Shown here in pieces: positions 18,257 to 29,028 of a stretch of DNA of 64,000 nucleotides. This DNA is from an uncultured Candidatus Saccharibacteria bacterium (GTDB taxonomy: Bacteria > Patescibacteriota > Minisyncoccia > Phycocordibacterales > CALRHW01): assembly GCA_964390845.1 (NCBI GenBank), contig CAYMIL010000001.1, positions 11,307 to 75,306 of the forward strand, given 5' to 3'. The translations under genes were made by a program, and so were the position numbers. The stretch's first letter is position 1. Each line of letters begins with the position of its first letter. The notes under the pieces are model-generated. The model did not search any database, was not told where the DNA came from, and worked only from the letters and a program-made list of their open reading frames with translations.

Positions 18257-18962
18257 ATGAGTATTTCAGGCCGTTGCGCACAGGTGCGTGTTTTATAATC
18301 TCGAGGATTTCATCTTCATTGTCGGTAATGGTGTAGAGGTTGATGTCTGCACGGTCTATTGTACCGAGGTCGAGTAGGTTTTTATGTATGAACTGTTCCA
18401 AGTCTTTCCAGTACTCGCTACCAACAAGAATAATAGGCACAGATCGGATTTTTCGAGTCTGAACGAGAGTGAGAATTTCAAAACATTCGTCGAGTGTGCC
18501 GAAGCCACCTGGAAAAAAGATGTATGCTTCAGCGCAAAATGAAAGACAGACTTTTCGCACAAAGAAATAATAGAGATCGAGGTGGTCGGTGAGGTACGGG
18601 TTCGTTGCTTGTTCGTGCGGGAGTTTGATGGTGAGGCCGACAGATGATCCATGTGCATCAAATGCACCACGGTTTGCCGCTTCCATGATGCCAGGACCTC
18701 CGCCAGTTACAATAGAGTAACCAAGCTCGCTTACAATACGTTTGCAGAGTGCTCGAGTTTTTTCGTAATATGGGTGCCCTTCTACAAAACGCGCAGAGCC
18801 GAAGACTGTAACAGATTTTTCGTAACGAGTAATAAATTCAAAACCGTCAGTAAACTCTTGTTTGATTCGAGAGACTCGCTGAGCCGCCGCTTCGCGGATT
18901 TCTTCCAAAGAAAGTGGGGTAATGGGAAGATTTTTTTCCGGGATGTTGAGTCTTTTTTTCAT
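18240..18962 (-). CDS. LOG family protein (TIGR00730-like)
   Basis: VFGSAR, TGGGPGIMEAANRGA, FPGGFGTLDE. Confidence 0.93.
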   Translation of the reverse strand: MKKRLNIPEKNLPITPLSLEEIREAAAQRVSRIKQEFTDGFEFITRYEKSVTVFGSARFVEGHPYYEKTRALCKRIVSELGYSIVTGGGPGIMEAANRGAFDAHGSSVGLTIKLPHEQATNPYLTDHLDLYYFFVRKVCLSFCAEAYIFFPGGFGTLDECFEILTLVQTRKIRSVPIILVGSEYWKDLEQFIHKNLLDLGTIDRADINLYTITDNEDEILEIIKHAPVRNGLKYSYDGKE

Positions 18963-18997
18963 GGTATACTGGTGCTATTAGTATTTAGTATATCATA

Positions 18998-19492
18998 ATG
19001 AAGAAACTCTCTCGAAATCAGTGGATAGCCGTCGCCGTCGCGCTTGTCGTGGTGTTCTGGTTCTTCGCATGGAACTCCATGTCGATAAGTCTATTTGGTA
19101 AAAGGGATGACTCTATGATGGAAAATCGCATGGATTCAAACAATATATCAAAGGGTGATGGTTTGATTATCGAAGATATTGCTGTAGGAACAGGTGCTGA
19201 GGCGGTATCTGGAAAGACTGTGACGGTGCATTATAAAGGAACATTTATGGATGGAAAACTATTCGACTCTTCGTTTGGTCGACCACCATTTACCTTTGTG
19301 CTCGGTCAGCAAATGGTTATCAAGGGATGGGATGAGGGTGTTGCTGGTATGAAAGTTGGTGGAAAGCGTCGCCTTACCATTCCTTCAGATCTTGCGTACG
19401 GACCACAGGAGATTCGTGATGGGGCAGGGAATGTTGTCATTCCAGCGAATGCGACACTTATCTTTGAAGTAGAATTGCTTGACGTCAAATAA
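18998..19492 (+). CDS. FKBP-type peptidyl-prolyl isomerase with N-terminal anchor
   Basis: VHYKG..FDSS..IKGWDEG..LAYG..IPANATLIFEVELL. Confidence 0.95.
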   Translation: MKKLSRNQWIAVAVALVVVFWFFAWNSMSISLFGKRDDSMMENRMDSNNISKGDGLIIEDIAVGTGAEAVSGKTVTVHYKGTFMDGKLFDSSFGRPPFTFVLGQQMVIKGWDEGVAGMKVGGKRRLTIPSDLAYGPQEIRDGAGNVVIPANATLIFEVELLDVK

Positions 19493-20699
19493 TCGACCAA
19501 TTTCATTTACGATTCAAAAGAAGCTCGGCAACGGCCACCTTGGTCGCGCCGGGCTTCTTGAAACACCGCATGGGTCTATCGAGACGCCAGCGTTTGTTTC
19601 TGTGGGAACAAAAGCAACGGTTAAAGCAATTACTCCAGAGATGCTACGCGATCTTGGCGCTCAGGTGGTGCTTGCAAATACGTATCATCTATATCTTCAG
19701 CCGGGCGACGATATCGTACGCGATGCCGGAGGGTTGCATACATTTATGAATTGGAAGGGTCCCACAATGACCGATTCCGGAGGATTTCAGGTGTTTTCTC
19801 TTGGTGCGGCATACGGCAAGGGGATCAGTAAGGTAACAAAAGAAACAGACCCACAACTTCTCCTCGCAGAAGCACAGTCAGATCCCGAAAAGCCAAAGAT
19901 CGCTCATATCGATCCAGATGGTGTAACGTTTAAATCCCACCTCGATGGTTCGACGCACTATATTACTCCTGAAAAATCGATAGATATTCAGCATAATCTC
20001 GGTGCAGATATCATCTTTGCCTTTGATGAGTGCACATCTCCGCTTGAGCCGATGCACTATCAGCGTGAGGCACTCGACCGCACGCATCGATGGGCAAAGC
20101 GCAGTCTTGAGTATCATCGTTCAAAAGACAACGCAGAGCGCCAGGCGCTTTTTGGTATCGTGCAGGGTGGGCGAAGTGAGGAGCTTCGCAAGGAAAGTGC
20201 ACACGCAATTTCTGCAATGGATTTCGACGGCTTTGGCATTGGTGGCTCTTTTGCAAAAGAGGATATGACCACAGCGGTGCAGTGGGTCAACGAAATTCTT
20301 CCGGAAGAAAAACCACGTCATTTGCTTGGTATCGGAGAGCCCGAGGACTTATTTATGGGTGTAGAAAATGGAGTTGATTTGTTTGACTGCGTCGCACCAA
20401 CGCGCATGGCTCGCAATGGTATGGTCTACACAATGACTGGAAAAATTAACCTCACCAACGCGCAGTATGTGCGTGATTTTACACCAATAGACGCAACGTG
20501 CGGATGCTATACCTGTACACATTACACAAAAGGGTATCTCGCACACTTGTTTCGAGCAAAAGAAATGCTCGCGGGTACACTCGCTACAATTCACAATCTC
20601 TATTTTATTATCAGTCTCGTACACAGTATGCGTGTTGCGTTGCTTGAAGACAGCTTCCCGGAGTTTAAGGCTGCTTTTCTCGACAAATATCGTCCCTAA
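19479..20699 (+). CDS. tgt: tRNA-guanine transglycosylase
   Basis: TDSGGFQVFSL, FDECT, FGIVQGG, FDCVAPTR, CGCYTC..HN zinc site; start uncertain. Confidence 0.95.
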   Translation: MTSNNRPISFTIQKKLGNGHLGRAGLLETPHGSIETPAFVSVGTKATVKAITPEMLRDLGAQVVLANTYHLYLQPGDDIVRDAGGLHTFMNWKGPTMTDSGGFQVFSLGAAYGKGISKVTKETDPQLLLAEAQSDPEKPKIAHIDPDGVTFKSHLDGSTHYITPEKSIDIQHNLGADIIFAFDECTSPLEPMHYQREALDRTHRWAKRSLEYHRSKDNAERQALFGIVQGGRSEELRKESAHAISAMDFDGFGIGGSFAKEDMTTAVQWVNEILPEEKPRHLLGIGEPEDLFMGVENGVDLFDCVAPTRMARNGMVYTMTGKINLTNAQYVRDFTPIDATCGCYTCTHYTKGYLAHLFRAKEMLAGTLATIHNLYFIISLVHSMRVALLEDSFPEFKAAFLDKYRP

Positions 20700-20714
20700 C
20701 GATACCATGCAGGT

Positions 20715-22778
20715 ATGAAGAAGCCTCTGTTTACCCTCAACAGTGAATACGCTCCAGCCGGTGATCAGCCGAAAGCAATTGATGCGCTTGTGCGTGGCAT
20801 AGAAAAAGGTGAGCGTCATCAGACGTTACTCGGCGTTACTGGTTCTGGAAAAACATTTACGATGGCAAATGTCATTGCGCGCGTTGGAAAACCAACGCTT
20901 GTCATTGCACACAACAAAACACTTGCCGCACAGCTCGCACAAGAGTACCGAGAATTTTTTCCACATAATGCAGTGCATTATTTTGTATCGTATTATGACT
21001 ACTATCAGCCGGAGGCATACATGCCTACAACGGATACTTATATCGAAAAAGAGGCCCAGATCAATGAAGAGATCGATCGGCTTCGTCATGCTTCTACGCA
21101 AGCTCTTCTCACAAGAAAAGATGTAATTATTGTGGCGTCTGTGTCGTGTATCTACAATCTTGGAAGCCCTGTTGAGTATGAAAAAGTAAATATGAAGGTT
21201 GGCGTAGGAATGCAGATCGCGCGCGCAGACTTTATACGCAAACTTATCGACATACATTTTGAGCGCACAGTTGCTGATTTAAGTCCGGGTATGTTTCGGG
21301 CAACCGGAAACTCTATTGAAATTATGCCTGTTTCTGAGAAGTCTATTTTCAAGGTAGATATCGAGGGGGGTGTGATTGCACGTATTCAAAAAATAGATGC
21401 GATTTCTCGAACGATTGTTGAAGATGTCGATGTATTTTTCTTGTTTCCCGCAAAACACTTTATTACAGAAGCGGATCAAGCTGAGTGTGCGTTTAAGGCA
21501 ATCAAAAAAGAGCTCGATGCACGTGTTAAAGAGCTCACCGATGCGGGAAAAATTCTTGAGGCTGACAGAATCAAGCGACGTACGTCCTACGATCTCGCAC
21601 TGATTCGAGAGATTGGGTATTGTAACGGTATTGAAAATTATTCCCGACATTTTGCTGGAAAGACAGAGGGTGAACCACCGGAAACACTACTTTCATATTT
21701 TCCACACAAACCAGATGGCACACCAGATTTTCTCACGGTTATCGATGAATCTCACGTTACAATTCCACAGATTGGAGGTATGTATGCCGGCGATAGGTCT
21801 AGGAAGGAGACGCTCGTTGAGCACGGCTTTCGTCTGCCGTCCGCAAAAGACAATCGCCCTCTTACATTTGAAGAGTTTGAAAAACGTGTAGGGAATTGTG
21901 TCTACACATCGGCAACCCCAGGTGTGTATGAGCGTGAGCATAGTACGTCGGTTGTTGAGCAAGTTATTCGACCGACGGGCCTCGTTGATCCTGAAGTAAG
22001 TGTGCGCCCGATTATTGAACGCTCGGAAGGTGGTGTTGCCACGTATCCTGGGCAAATTTTCGATTTTATTGCCGAAACAGAAAAGGTTATCGCAAAAGGT
22101 CAGCGCACTATCGCTACAACACTGACAAAGAAAATGGCGGAAGATTTGAGCGCATATCTCAAAGAGCGCGGTATAAAAGCCGAATATCTCCATAGTGATA
22201 TCAAAACTCTTCAACGTATAGAGATTTTGACGGATTTTCGAAAAGGGAAATTCGACTGTCTCGTTGGTGTTAATTTGTTGCGAGAAGGCCTCGACCTGCC
22301 GGAAGTTGCTTTTATTGGCATTTTGGATGCAGACAAAGAGGGTTTTTTGCGTTCAGAGACGTCACTTATTCAGATTATTGGTCGTGCAGCACGAAACGTA
22401 GAGGGACGCGTGGTGCTGTATGCAGAAAAGCCGACTTCAGCAATGGAGCGAGCAATTTCAGAAACAAATCGTCGTCGTCAGATTCAGCTTGCGTACAACA
22501 AAGAACACGGCATCACACCAAAAACAATTGTTAAGAAAATTCAGGACATCACCGATCAGTTGCGTAGTGAACATGAAAAAACAGTTGCAACATTGCTCGA
22601 CCTCGATCGCGTCGCTTTTGAGAAAAATCCAAAAGCGTTGATACAAAAGAAAGAACGTCAGATGAGTGATGCGGTGAAGGTGCTCGATTTTGAAACCGCG
22701 GCGATTGTGCGCGACGAGATTCGTGCTCTACAAGAAAAACTCGACGGAACTCCACAAAAAAAGACTAGAAAGAAATAG
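20715..22778 (+). CDS. uvrB: Excinuclease ABC subunit B
   Basis: GVTGSGKT, YYDYYQPEAY, DESH, LLREGLD. Confidence 0.98.
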   Translation: MKKPLFTLNSEYAPAGDQPKAIDALVRGIEKGERHQTLLGVTGSGKTFTMANVIARVGKPTLVIAHNKTLAAQLAQEYREFFPHNAVHYFVSYYDYYQPEAYMPTTDTYIEKEAQINEEIDRLRHASTQALLTRKDVIIVASVSCIYNLGSPVEYEKVNMKVGVGMQIARADFIRKLIDIHFERTVADLSPGMFRATGNSIEIMPVSEKSIFKVDIEGGVIARIQKIDAISRTIVEDVDVFFLFPAKHFITEADQAECAFKAIKKELDARVKELTDAGKILEADRIKRRTSYDLALIREIGYCNGIENYSRHFAGKTEGEPPETLLSYFPHKPDGTPDFLTVIDESHVTIPQIGGMYAGDRSRKETLVEHGFRLPSAKDNRPLTFEEFEKRVGNCVYTSATPGVYEREHSTSVVEQVIRPTGLVDPEVSVRPIIERSEGGVATYPGQIFDFIAETEKVIAKGQRTIATTLTKKMAEDLSAYLKERGIKAEYLHSDIKTLQRIEILTDFRKGKFDCLVGVNLLREGLDLPEVAFIGILDADKEGFLRSETSLIQIIGRAARNVEGRVVLYAEKPTSAMERAISETNRRRQIQLAYNKEHGITPKTIVKKIQDITDQLRSEHEKTVATLLDLDRVAFEKNPKALIQKKERQMSDAVKVLDFETAAIVRDEIRALQEKLDGTPQKKTRKK

Positions 22779-22815
22779 TGCGCGTGATACAATACATGTG
22801 TAACACGGTGTCACT

Positions 22816-24240
22816 ATGTTCTCTCAGCTCATCTACAGTAATTATTTTGAAGCAAACCGTCGTCTCGTTGTGGCGCGATGGTTTTATGTGCCAGCTATAT
22901 TTCTCATTGGCGCTCTCTTGTCGTATATGGGTAGTTCGCTTCCACTCCCGCTTATGTTGGGTGTGTGTTCTGCGTATGTTCTCGCAAATATTTTTTTTAA
23001 AAAATCAATCGCGTATGCAGAGCTTCATCACGACGAAAGACTCATTCGATACATTAGTATTGGTCAGATAGCTCTGGAGCTCGTCTGTTTTGTACCGTTG
23101 CTCTATTTTTCAGGAGGTGACAGAGGTGTTATCACTACACTCTTCTTTATTCCAATTGTATCGTCGATGGCGTTGTTTGATATTGTCGGTTCTCTTGTGG
23201 TCGCGTTTGTGTGCGCACTATGTATCAACGCGGTGTTGTTGTTTGAGTATCGAGACTATATAGGGTATATGCTCGGGTACGGTGGTAGTGTTTCTGTGCA
23301 TACAGCCTCCGAGCTTATTCTTCGCTTGATGTCGACAGTAACAAATACTTCCGCCTTTTTTATTGTTGGCGCGTTGTCGAGCTTTATTGCCTCGATGCTT
23401 CGCAAGCGGGATTATCAGATTTCCGATGAGCACAAGCGTAAAAAAATGCAGGCCGACCGATTGCGAGCGCTCAACAATGAATATAATACATACGCTCGTA
23501 TGCTTGTTCGCAATCACCTTGGCACACCAAAGGCTACTCGTGATGGTGTACAGCTTGAAAAAGAGCGTTCGGAATTTATTTCAACTGTTGCACACCAGCT
23601 CCGCACGCCGTTGTCGGCTATCAAATGGACGCTTGATTTGCTGCTCAAAGGGGAGGCGGGGACACTTAGTGGCGAACAGCGTGCGCTTATTATGAAAGCG
23701 CATGAAAGTAATGAGCGCATCATCAATCTCATTAAAGATATGCTTGGTGTCGACCAGATTGAGTCTGGGGGCGCGGATTTTTCTTTTGCTCCCACAGATC
23801 TCGCTGCGCTCTTACGTCTTGTGGTAAAAGAATTTGCTCCCCGCATCGAAGAGCGTCGCATTGCCCTTCATGATGATATTGATTCGGCAATGCCACGAGC
23901 AATGGTTGACCCGCAAAAAATGCGCATGGTATTCCAAAATCTTTTAGAGAATGCAATAAAATACACGGGAAGTGATATTTGGATAAGTACAAAACGAAAC
24001 GACGACTCAATTGTCATCTCTGTCCGAGATAATGGCATTGGTATTCCTGAGCGCGACCACAGTGATGTCTTCAAACGTTTTTTCAGGGCGGAAAACGCAT
24101 CAACGCGCGACCCAGAGGGCTCAGGACTCGGTCTTTTTATTGTTCGTTCCGTTCTTCAGCGCCATGGGGGTGATGTATCTTTCGAAAGTAAAGAGCGGAG
24201 CGGTACGACATTTACCTGCACAATACCATTGCGGCACTAG
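22816..24240 (+). CDS. Membrane sensor histidine kinase
   Basis: Multiple TMs; AHQLRTPL H-box; NLLENAIKY, DNGIGI, GSGLGL. Confidence 0.93.
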   Translation: MFSQLIYSNYFEANRRLVVARWFYVPAIFLIGALLSYMGSSLPLPLMLGVCSAYVLANIFFKKSIAYAELHHDERLIRYISIGQIALELVCFVPLLYFSGGDRGVITTLFFIPIVSSMALFDIVGSLVVAFVCALCINAVLLFEYRDYIGYMLGYGGSVSVHTASELILRLMSTVTNTSAFFIVGALSSFIASMLRKRDYQISDEHKRKKMQADRLRALNNEYNTYARMLVRNHLGTPKATRDGVQLEKERSEFISTVAHQLRTPLSAIKWTLDLLLKGEAGTLSGEQRALIMKAHESNERIINLIKDMLGVDQIESGGADFSFAPTDLAALLRLVVKEFAPRIEERRIALHDDIDSAMPRAMVDPQKMRMVFQNLLENAIKYTGSDIWISTKRNDDSIVISVRDNGIGIPERDHSDVFKRFFRAENASTRDPEGSGLGLFIVRSVLQRHGGDVSFESKERSGTTFTCTIPLRH

Positions 24241-24269
24241 TTTAAGCGTTATACAATAAACACACTATC

Positions 24270-25049
24270 ATGTCTAAGATTCTTATTGTCGAGCAGGATA
24301 GTTTTCTCGCCAACGTTCTCGATGAGCGTGTTCGAAAAGATGGCCATCAGACGTTGATTGTAAAAAATCCCGCTGTTGCTGTTGAGCAAATGGGTCTCTA
24401 TAAGCCAGATCTCGTTATTTTTGATGTTGATATGCCAGCAGGTTCTTCCGCGTCTAAACTCAAAGCACTTGCTCAAAAAAGCACGACACCGTTTGTGCGA
24501 AACATACCTGTTGTAATGATATCTCCGACAGGTGATCTCAACGAGATTCATAAAGCTGTTGAGCTTGGTGTAAAAGAATATGTTGTAAAAACGCATCTCG
24601 ACCTTGATGATTTGATGAAAAAGGTTTCAACACAGCTTGCAAAGGCACCGCAAACAACGGGTGCGCTTATTGGTAAAAAGATAATGTGGGTCGAGGACGA
24701 TCAATTTCTCAGCGATCTCATTTCTCGAAAGCTTTCTAAGCAGGGGTGTGATTTACTTTATGCGCGTACGGGCGAAGACGCTCTTTTGTTGCTCGAGCGA
24801 GAAACCCCCGATATTCTTTTACTCGATATCTTACTTCCAGGCATCACTGGTTTTGATGTCTATGAACATATGAAAACAGTATCTCGCTTGAAAACTGTTC
24901 CTGTTATTGTACTTTCCAACTTCTCCGACCAAGAAAAAGTAGAGCGAGCAAAGCAGATGGGCGCGGCGCGGTTCTTGGTGAAGGCGACCATTGTGCTTGA
25001 TGACCTTGTGCGAGAGATTGTGGCGGTGCTTTCAGAGAAAGGAAGATAG
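24270..25049 (+). CDS. Response regulator with two receiver domains and no output domain
   Basis: [14 protein letters not shown] and [18 protein letters not shown]. Confidence 0.88.
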   Translation: MSKILIVEQDSFLANVLDERVRKDGHQTLIVKNPAVAVEQMGLYKPDLVIFDVDMPAGSSASKLKALAQKSTTPFVRNIPVVMISPTGDLNEIHKAVELGVKEYVVKTHLDLDDLMKKVSTQLAKAPQTTGALIGKKIMWVEDDQFLSDLISRKLSKQGCDLLYARTGEDALLLLERETPDILLLDILLPGITGFDVYEHMKTVSRLKTVPVIVLSNFSDQEKVERAKQMGAARFLVKATIVLDDLVREIVAVLSEKGR

Positions 25050-25126
25050 TGTACCTTGAGGCCCAGACCTGATATACTGCTCCTGTATAACCCCTTGGAC
25101 CCGTCCGAGGGGCTGTACTGCTATAT

Positions 25127-27742
25127 ATGGCTGAACAGAAAAAAACAAAAGAAAACTCAAAAGACCAGATAATTGTGAGGGGTGCTCGTACGCACAATCT
25201 CAAAGATATTACGGTCGAAATTCCCCGCAATACCATGACGGTGTTTACTGGCTTGTCTGGTTCTGGAAAATCGTCTCTTGCTTTTGATACGATTTTTGCC
25301 GAAGGACAGCGTCGATATGTTGAGTCGCTTTCCTCGTATGCTCGGCAGTTTTTGCGACAAATGCAGAAGCCAGATGTCGATGAAATCGTCGGTCTTTCGC
25401 CGGCAATTTCAATCGATCAAAAATCTCGCTCAAACAACCCGCGTTCAACGGTTGCCACAATTACCGAAATCTACGATTATCTGCGTATTCTTTTTTCTCG
25501 TATAGGTCGTCCGCATTGTCTCGTCTGTGGCAATGAAATCGAGCGACTCTCAAATGAGGAAATAAAAAACCTTATTCTTGAAAAGATTGAGGCAAAACAA
25601 AAAGACGTGCAGGGTAAAAAGCTCGGTCTCCCTGTATACGCAGAAATTTTTTCACCACTTGTTCGAGGTAGAAAAGGTGAATACTACCAGTTGCTTTACG
25701 ACCTTCTCGGAAAGGGCTATACGGAAGTACTCGTCGACGGCGAGCGCAAAAAACTCCGCGACCAGATTATTTTGTCAAAAAACAAAAAGCACGAAATCGA
25801 TGTATTGGTCGATCAGATCAATGTACTTGAGTTTGGGACAAACAAAAAAGACGCCGAAGAGCGTTTGAGTGAAGGTCTTGAGAAAGCTCTTGAAGAATCA
25901 GACGGCTTGGTCAAGATTGTATTTCGAGACATGTCAAAAGAAGAGGACCCAAAGAGTCGTGAAGAGTTCCTCATGTCCTCAAAGTTTTCGTGTCCGCGAG
26001 ATGGATACTCGTATCCAGAAATTGAGCCTCGTCTGTTTTCATTCAACTCTCCGTACGGTGCGTGTCCTGAATGTAATGGCTTGGGCACCCGACATTTTTT
26101 TGGAGAAGAACCGTGTCCAAAATGTAAGGGCGCGCGATTGCGAGAAGAGGCGCTTCATGTGCTTGTTGGAGGTATCAATATCGTTGATTTCGTAAATCTT
26201 TCAATTGCCGATGCGGATGCGTTTCTCAAAAAACTTAAACTCTCCGCACGTGAAAAAAGTATTTCAAAAGTTGTCATCAAAGAGATAGAGGCACGACTCA
26301 GGTTTATGATAAACGTAGGTATCGAGTATCTAACGCTCAATCGTCGTGCACACACGCTTTCTGGTGGTGAGGCTCAGCGTATTCGTCTTGCGTCTCAGCT
26401 TGGCTCTGGCCTTGTGGGTGCGCTCTATGTGCTCGATGAGCCAACAATCGGTCTCCATTCCCGCGACAACGATAGACTGATACAAACTCTTCTTCATTTG
26501 CGAGATTTGGGGAACACAATTATTGTTGTCGAACACGACGAAGATACCATTTATTCGTCGGATTATATCGTCGATATCGGCCCAGGGGCTGGAGTGCATG
26601 GCGGACATGTTGTGGTGTCTGGGTATCTCGATTCATTACTTACCGCAAAAAAGAATGATTCAGGCTCGCTGACACTGGACTATTTGCGGGGTGATAAGAA
26701 GATTGAAACACCAGAAGCTCGGCGCGACACACCAAAGGGAGAGATCAAGATTCGTGGTGGAAAAATATTTAATATCAAAAATCTCAACATAGATATTCCT
26801 CTCGGGCGCCTCATTACTGTCACGGGAGTTTCTGGTTCTGGAAAATCAACGTTTTTGTATGAGATTGTACACAAAAATCTACAAGCGCGATTTGATAGGC
26901 GTTATCGAAGCGCTGAGGTGTTCAATTGTGGTTCATTTGTTGGTACTGAATATTTAGGTCGAGCTATTTTGATAGATCAATCACCAATTGGTCGTACGCC
27001 TCGTTCAAACCCCGCGACATACACGGGCGCTTTTACCTTTATCCGTGACCTCTTTGCCGAAACGGCCGAAGCTCGCGCTCGTGGCTGGAAAGCAAATCGT
27101 TTCTCATTCAACGTAAAAGGTGGTCGATGCGAAACGTGTCAGGGTAATGGAGTAATAGAAGTCGAGATGCACTTTTTGCCGACAGTGTACGTGCCATGCG
27201 ATGTGTGTTCTGGAAAACGATTCACTAAAGAAACACTCGAAGTAAAGTACAAGAAAAAGAGTATTTATGATGTATTGCGCATGACAATCGAAGAAGCCCT
27301 CGATTTCTTTGAAGATATTCCAGCTATTTATGATCGTCTTAAAACAATGGAAGAGGTGGGTCTGGGGTACTTGGAGCTTGGGCAATCTGCGACAACCCTT
27401 TCTGGTGGTGAAGCTCAGCGTGTAAAAATTTCCGCTGAGTTATATCGTCCGCATGTCCAAAAAACAGTCTACCTTCTCGATGAACCAACAATCGGTTTGC
27501 ATTATGAAGATGTGCGTAAGCTTATTGAAATCCTCCAAAAGCTTGTCGATAAAGGCAATACGGTTATTGTTATTGAGCATAATATCGACCTTATAAAAAG
27601 CTCCGATTTTATCATCGACATTGGCCCAGAGGGTGGTAGTGGTGGCGGTCAGATTGTTGCAAAAGGTACACCCGAAGAGGTTGCAAATAATCCAAAATCA
27701 CACACAGGCCACTATCTCAAGAAGGCGCTTAAAAAGGGATAA
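25127..27742 (+). CDS. uvrA: Excinuclease ABC subunit A (short form)
   Basis: Two ABC modules ([24 protein letters not shown] twice) and zinc fingers. Confidence 0.98.
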   Translation: MAEQKKTKENSKDQIIVRGARTHNLKDITVEIPRNTMTVFTGLSGSGKSSLAFDTIFAEGQRRYVESLSSYARQFLRQMQKPDVDEIVGLSPAISIDQKSRSNNPRSTVATITEIYDYLRILFSRIGRPHCLVCGNEIERLSNEEIKNLILEKIEAKQKDVQGKKLGLPVYAEIFSPLVRGRKGEYYQLLYDLLGKGYTEVLVDGERKKLRDQIILSKNKKHEIDVLVDQINVLEFGTNKKDAEERLSEGLEKALEESDGLVKIVFRDMSKEEDPKSREEFLMSSKFSCPRDGYSYPEIEPRLFSFNSPYGACPECNGLGTRHFFGEEPCPKCKGARLREEALHVLVGGINIVDFVNLSIADADAFLKKLKLSAREKSISKVVIKEIEARLRFMINVGIEYLTLNRRAHTLSGGEAQRIRLASQLGSGLVGALYVLDEPTIGLHSRDNDRLIQTLLHLRDLGNTIIVVEHDEDTIYSSDYIVDIGPGAGVHGGHVVVSGYLDSLLTAKKNDSGSLTLDYLRGDKKIETPEARRDTPKGEIKIRGGKIFNIKNLNIDIPLGRLITVTGVSGSGKSTFLYEIVHKNLQARFDRRYRSAEVFNCGSFVGTEYLGRAILIDQSPIGRTPRSNPATYTGAFTFIRDLFAETAEARARGWKANRFSFNVKGGRCETCQGNGVIEVEMHFLPTVYVPCDVCSGKRFTKETLEVKYKKKSIYDVLRMTIEEALDFFEDIPAIYDRLKTMEEVGLGYLELGQSATTLSGGEAQRVKISAELYRPHVQKTVYLLDEPTIGLHYEDVRKLIEILQKLVDKGNTVIVIEHNIDLIKSSDFIIDIGPEGGSGGGQIVAKGTPEEVANNPKSHTGHYLKKALKKG

Positions 27743-27745
27743 CCT

Positions 27746-29011
27746 ATGAAACAGCACTATCCGCCATCTGTACAAAAAACACTTGCCGGACTACCGGATA
27801 CTCCCGGTGTATATTTTTTTAAAGGACCACAGGGGAATATTTTGTATGTAGGCAAAGCAACATCATTGCGCGACCGTGTTCGTAGCTACTTTAGCGCGGA
27901 TCTAAGTCGTACACGCGGTCCACTTATCCAAAAAATGATGGAGGAGTTTGCGTCGATTGATGTAACAACTACCGATTCTGTGCTCGAGGCCCTCATTCTT
28001 GAAGCCCATCTCATAAAGCAACATCAGCCCCTATACAATTCTCGCGAAAAAGATAATAAAAGTTTCAATTATGTTGTCATTACAAAAGATCCATTTCCAA
28101 AGGTGTTGATTGCGCGTGGAAGAACAATAGCCTCGGTGTTTCCAAAAGAACACATGTTGCATATGTTTGGCCCGTTTCCTCATGGAGCGCAACTCAAAGA
28201 AGCACTCGCTATCGTGAGAAAAATTTTTCCATATACCGATACAAAATGCGTGCCCGCAGATGAACAGCGTGCGAAAGGTAGGGTGCCGCGCCCGTGTTTC
28301 AATCGTCAGATAGGTTTATGCCCAGGGGTGTGTACAGGGGAAATAAGTAAAAAAGAATATGCGCGCACTATTCGCCAGCTCGCTTTATTTTTTCAAGGCA
28401 AAAAGAAAACATTGCTCCTTGATCTGCAGCGACACATGAAGGCGTATGCAAACGCGCATGAATTTGAAAAGGCGGATATGATAAAACGTCGGATATTTTC
28501 TATCACACACATACACGATGTTGCACTCTTAAAGCGTGATGTTGGTGCGCCCCAAAACGGAGCGGCGCATTTCCGCATCGAAGCGTATGACGTCGCACAT
28601 CTTCAGGGTTCTGACATGACCGGTGTTATGGTGGTGGTAGAGGACGGCGAGGCGACATCTTCTGAATATAGAAAGTTTAAAATCAAAAATGTGTCCGGCA
28701 TCAACGACATCGCCGCACTCAAGGAAGTGCTTACTCGTCGACTTGGTCACACAGAATGGAAGTTGCCCAATCTTATCGTTGTAGATGGTGCGCAGGCGCA
28801 GATCAACGTGGCACAAGAAGTGCTCGCTGAGCGAGGCATTTCAATCGATGTGGTGTCTGTCGTCAAAGATGAAAAGCATAAAGCTCGTGAGGTGCTTGGC
28901 GACAAGCGCCATGTCCTTGAGCATGGTAGCGCAATACTTCTTGCAAACGCTGAGGCCCACCGTTTTGCAATCAGTTATCACCGTTCATTGCGAAACAGGA
29001 ATATGATTTGA
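27746..29011 (+). CDS. uvrC: Excinuclease ABC subunit C lacking the C-terminal HhH domain
   Basis: GIY-YIG (PGVY..YVGKA), EAYDVAH, VDGA, HRFAISYHR then stop. Confidence 0.92.
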   Translation: MKQHYPPSVQKTLAGLPDTPGVYFFKGPQGNILYVGKATSLRDRVRSYFSADLSRTRGPLIQKMMEEFASIDVTTTDSVLEALILEAHLIKQHQPLYNSREKDNKSFNYVVITKDPFPKVLIARGRTIASVFPKEHMLHMFGPFPHGAQLKEALAIVRKIFPYTDTKCVPADEQRAKGRVPRPCFNRQIGLCPGVCTGEISKKEYARTIRQLALFFQGKKKTLLLDLQRHMKAYANAHEFEKADMIKRRIFSITHIHDVALLKRDVGAPQNGAAHFRIEAYDVAHLQGSDMTGVMVVVEDGEATSSEYRKFKIKNVSGINDIAALKEVLTRRLGHTEWKLPNLIVVDGAQAQINVAQEVLAERGISIDVVSVVKDEKHKAREVLGDKRHVLEHGSAILLANAEAHRFAISYHRSLRNRNMI

Positions 29012-29028
29012 TGATATACTAAATCATC

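Noticed and set aside
25070-25126. LexA/SOS box upstream of uvrA
   Set aside because: No complete CTGT-N8-ACAG or GAAC-N4-GTTC palindrome; only a GC-rich hairpin at 25091-25112
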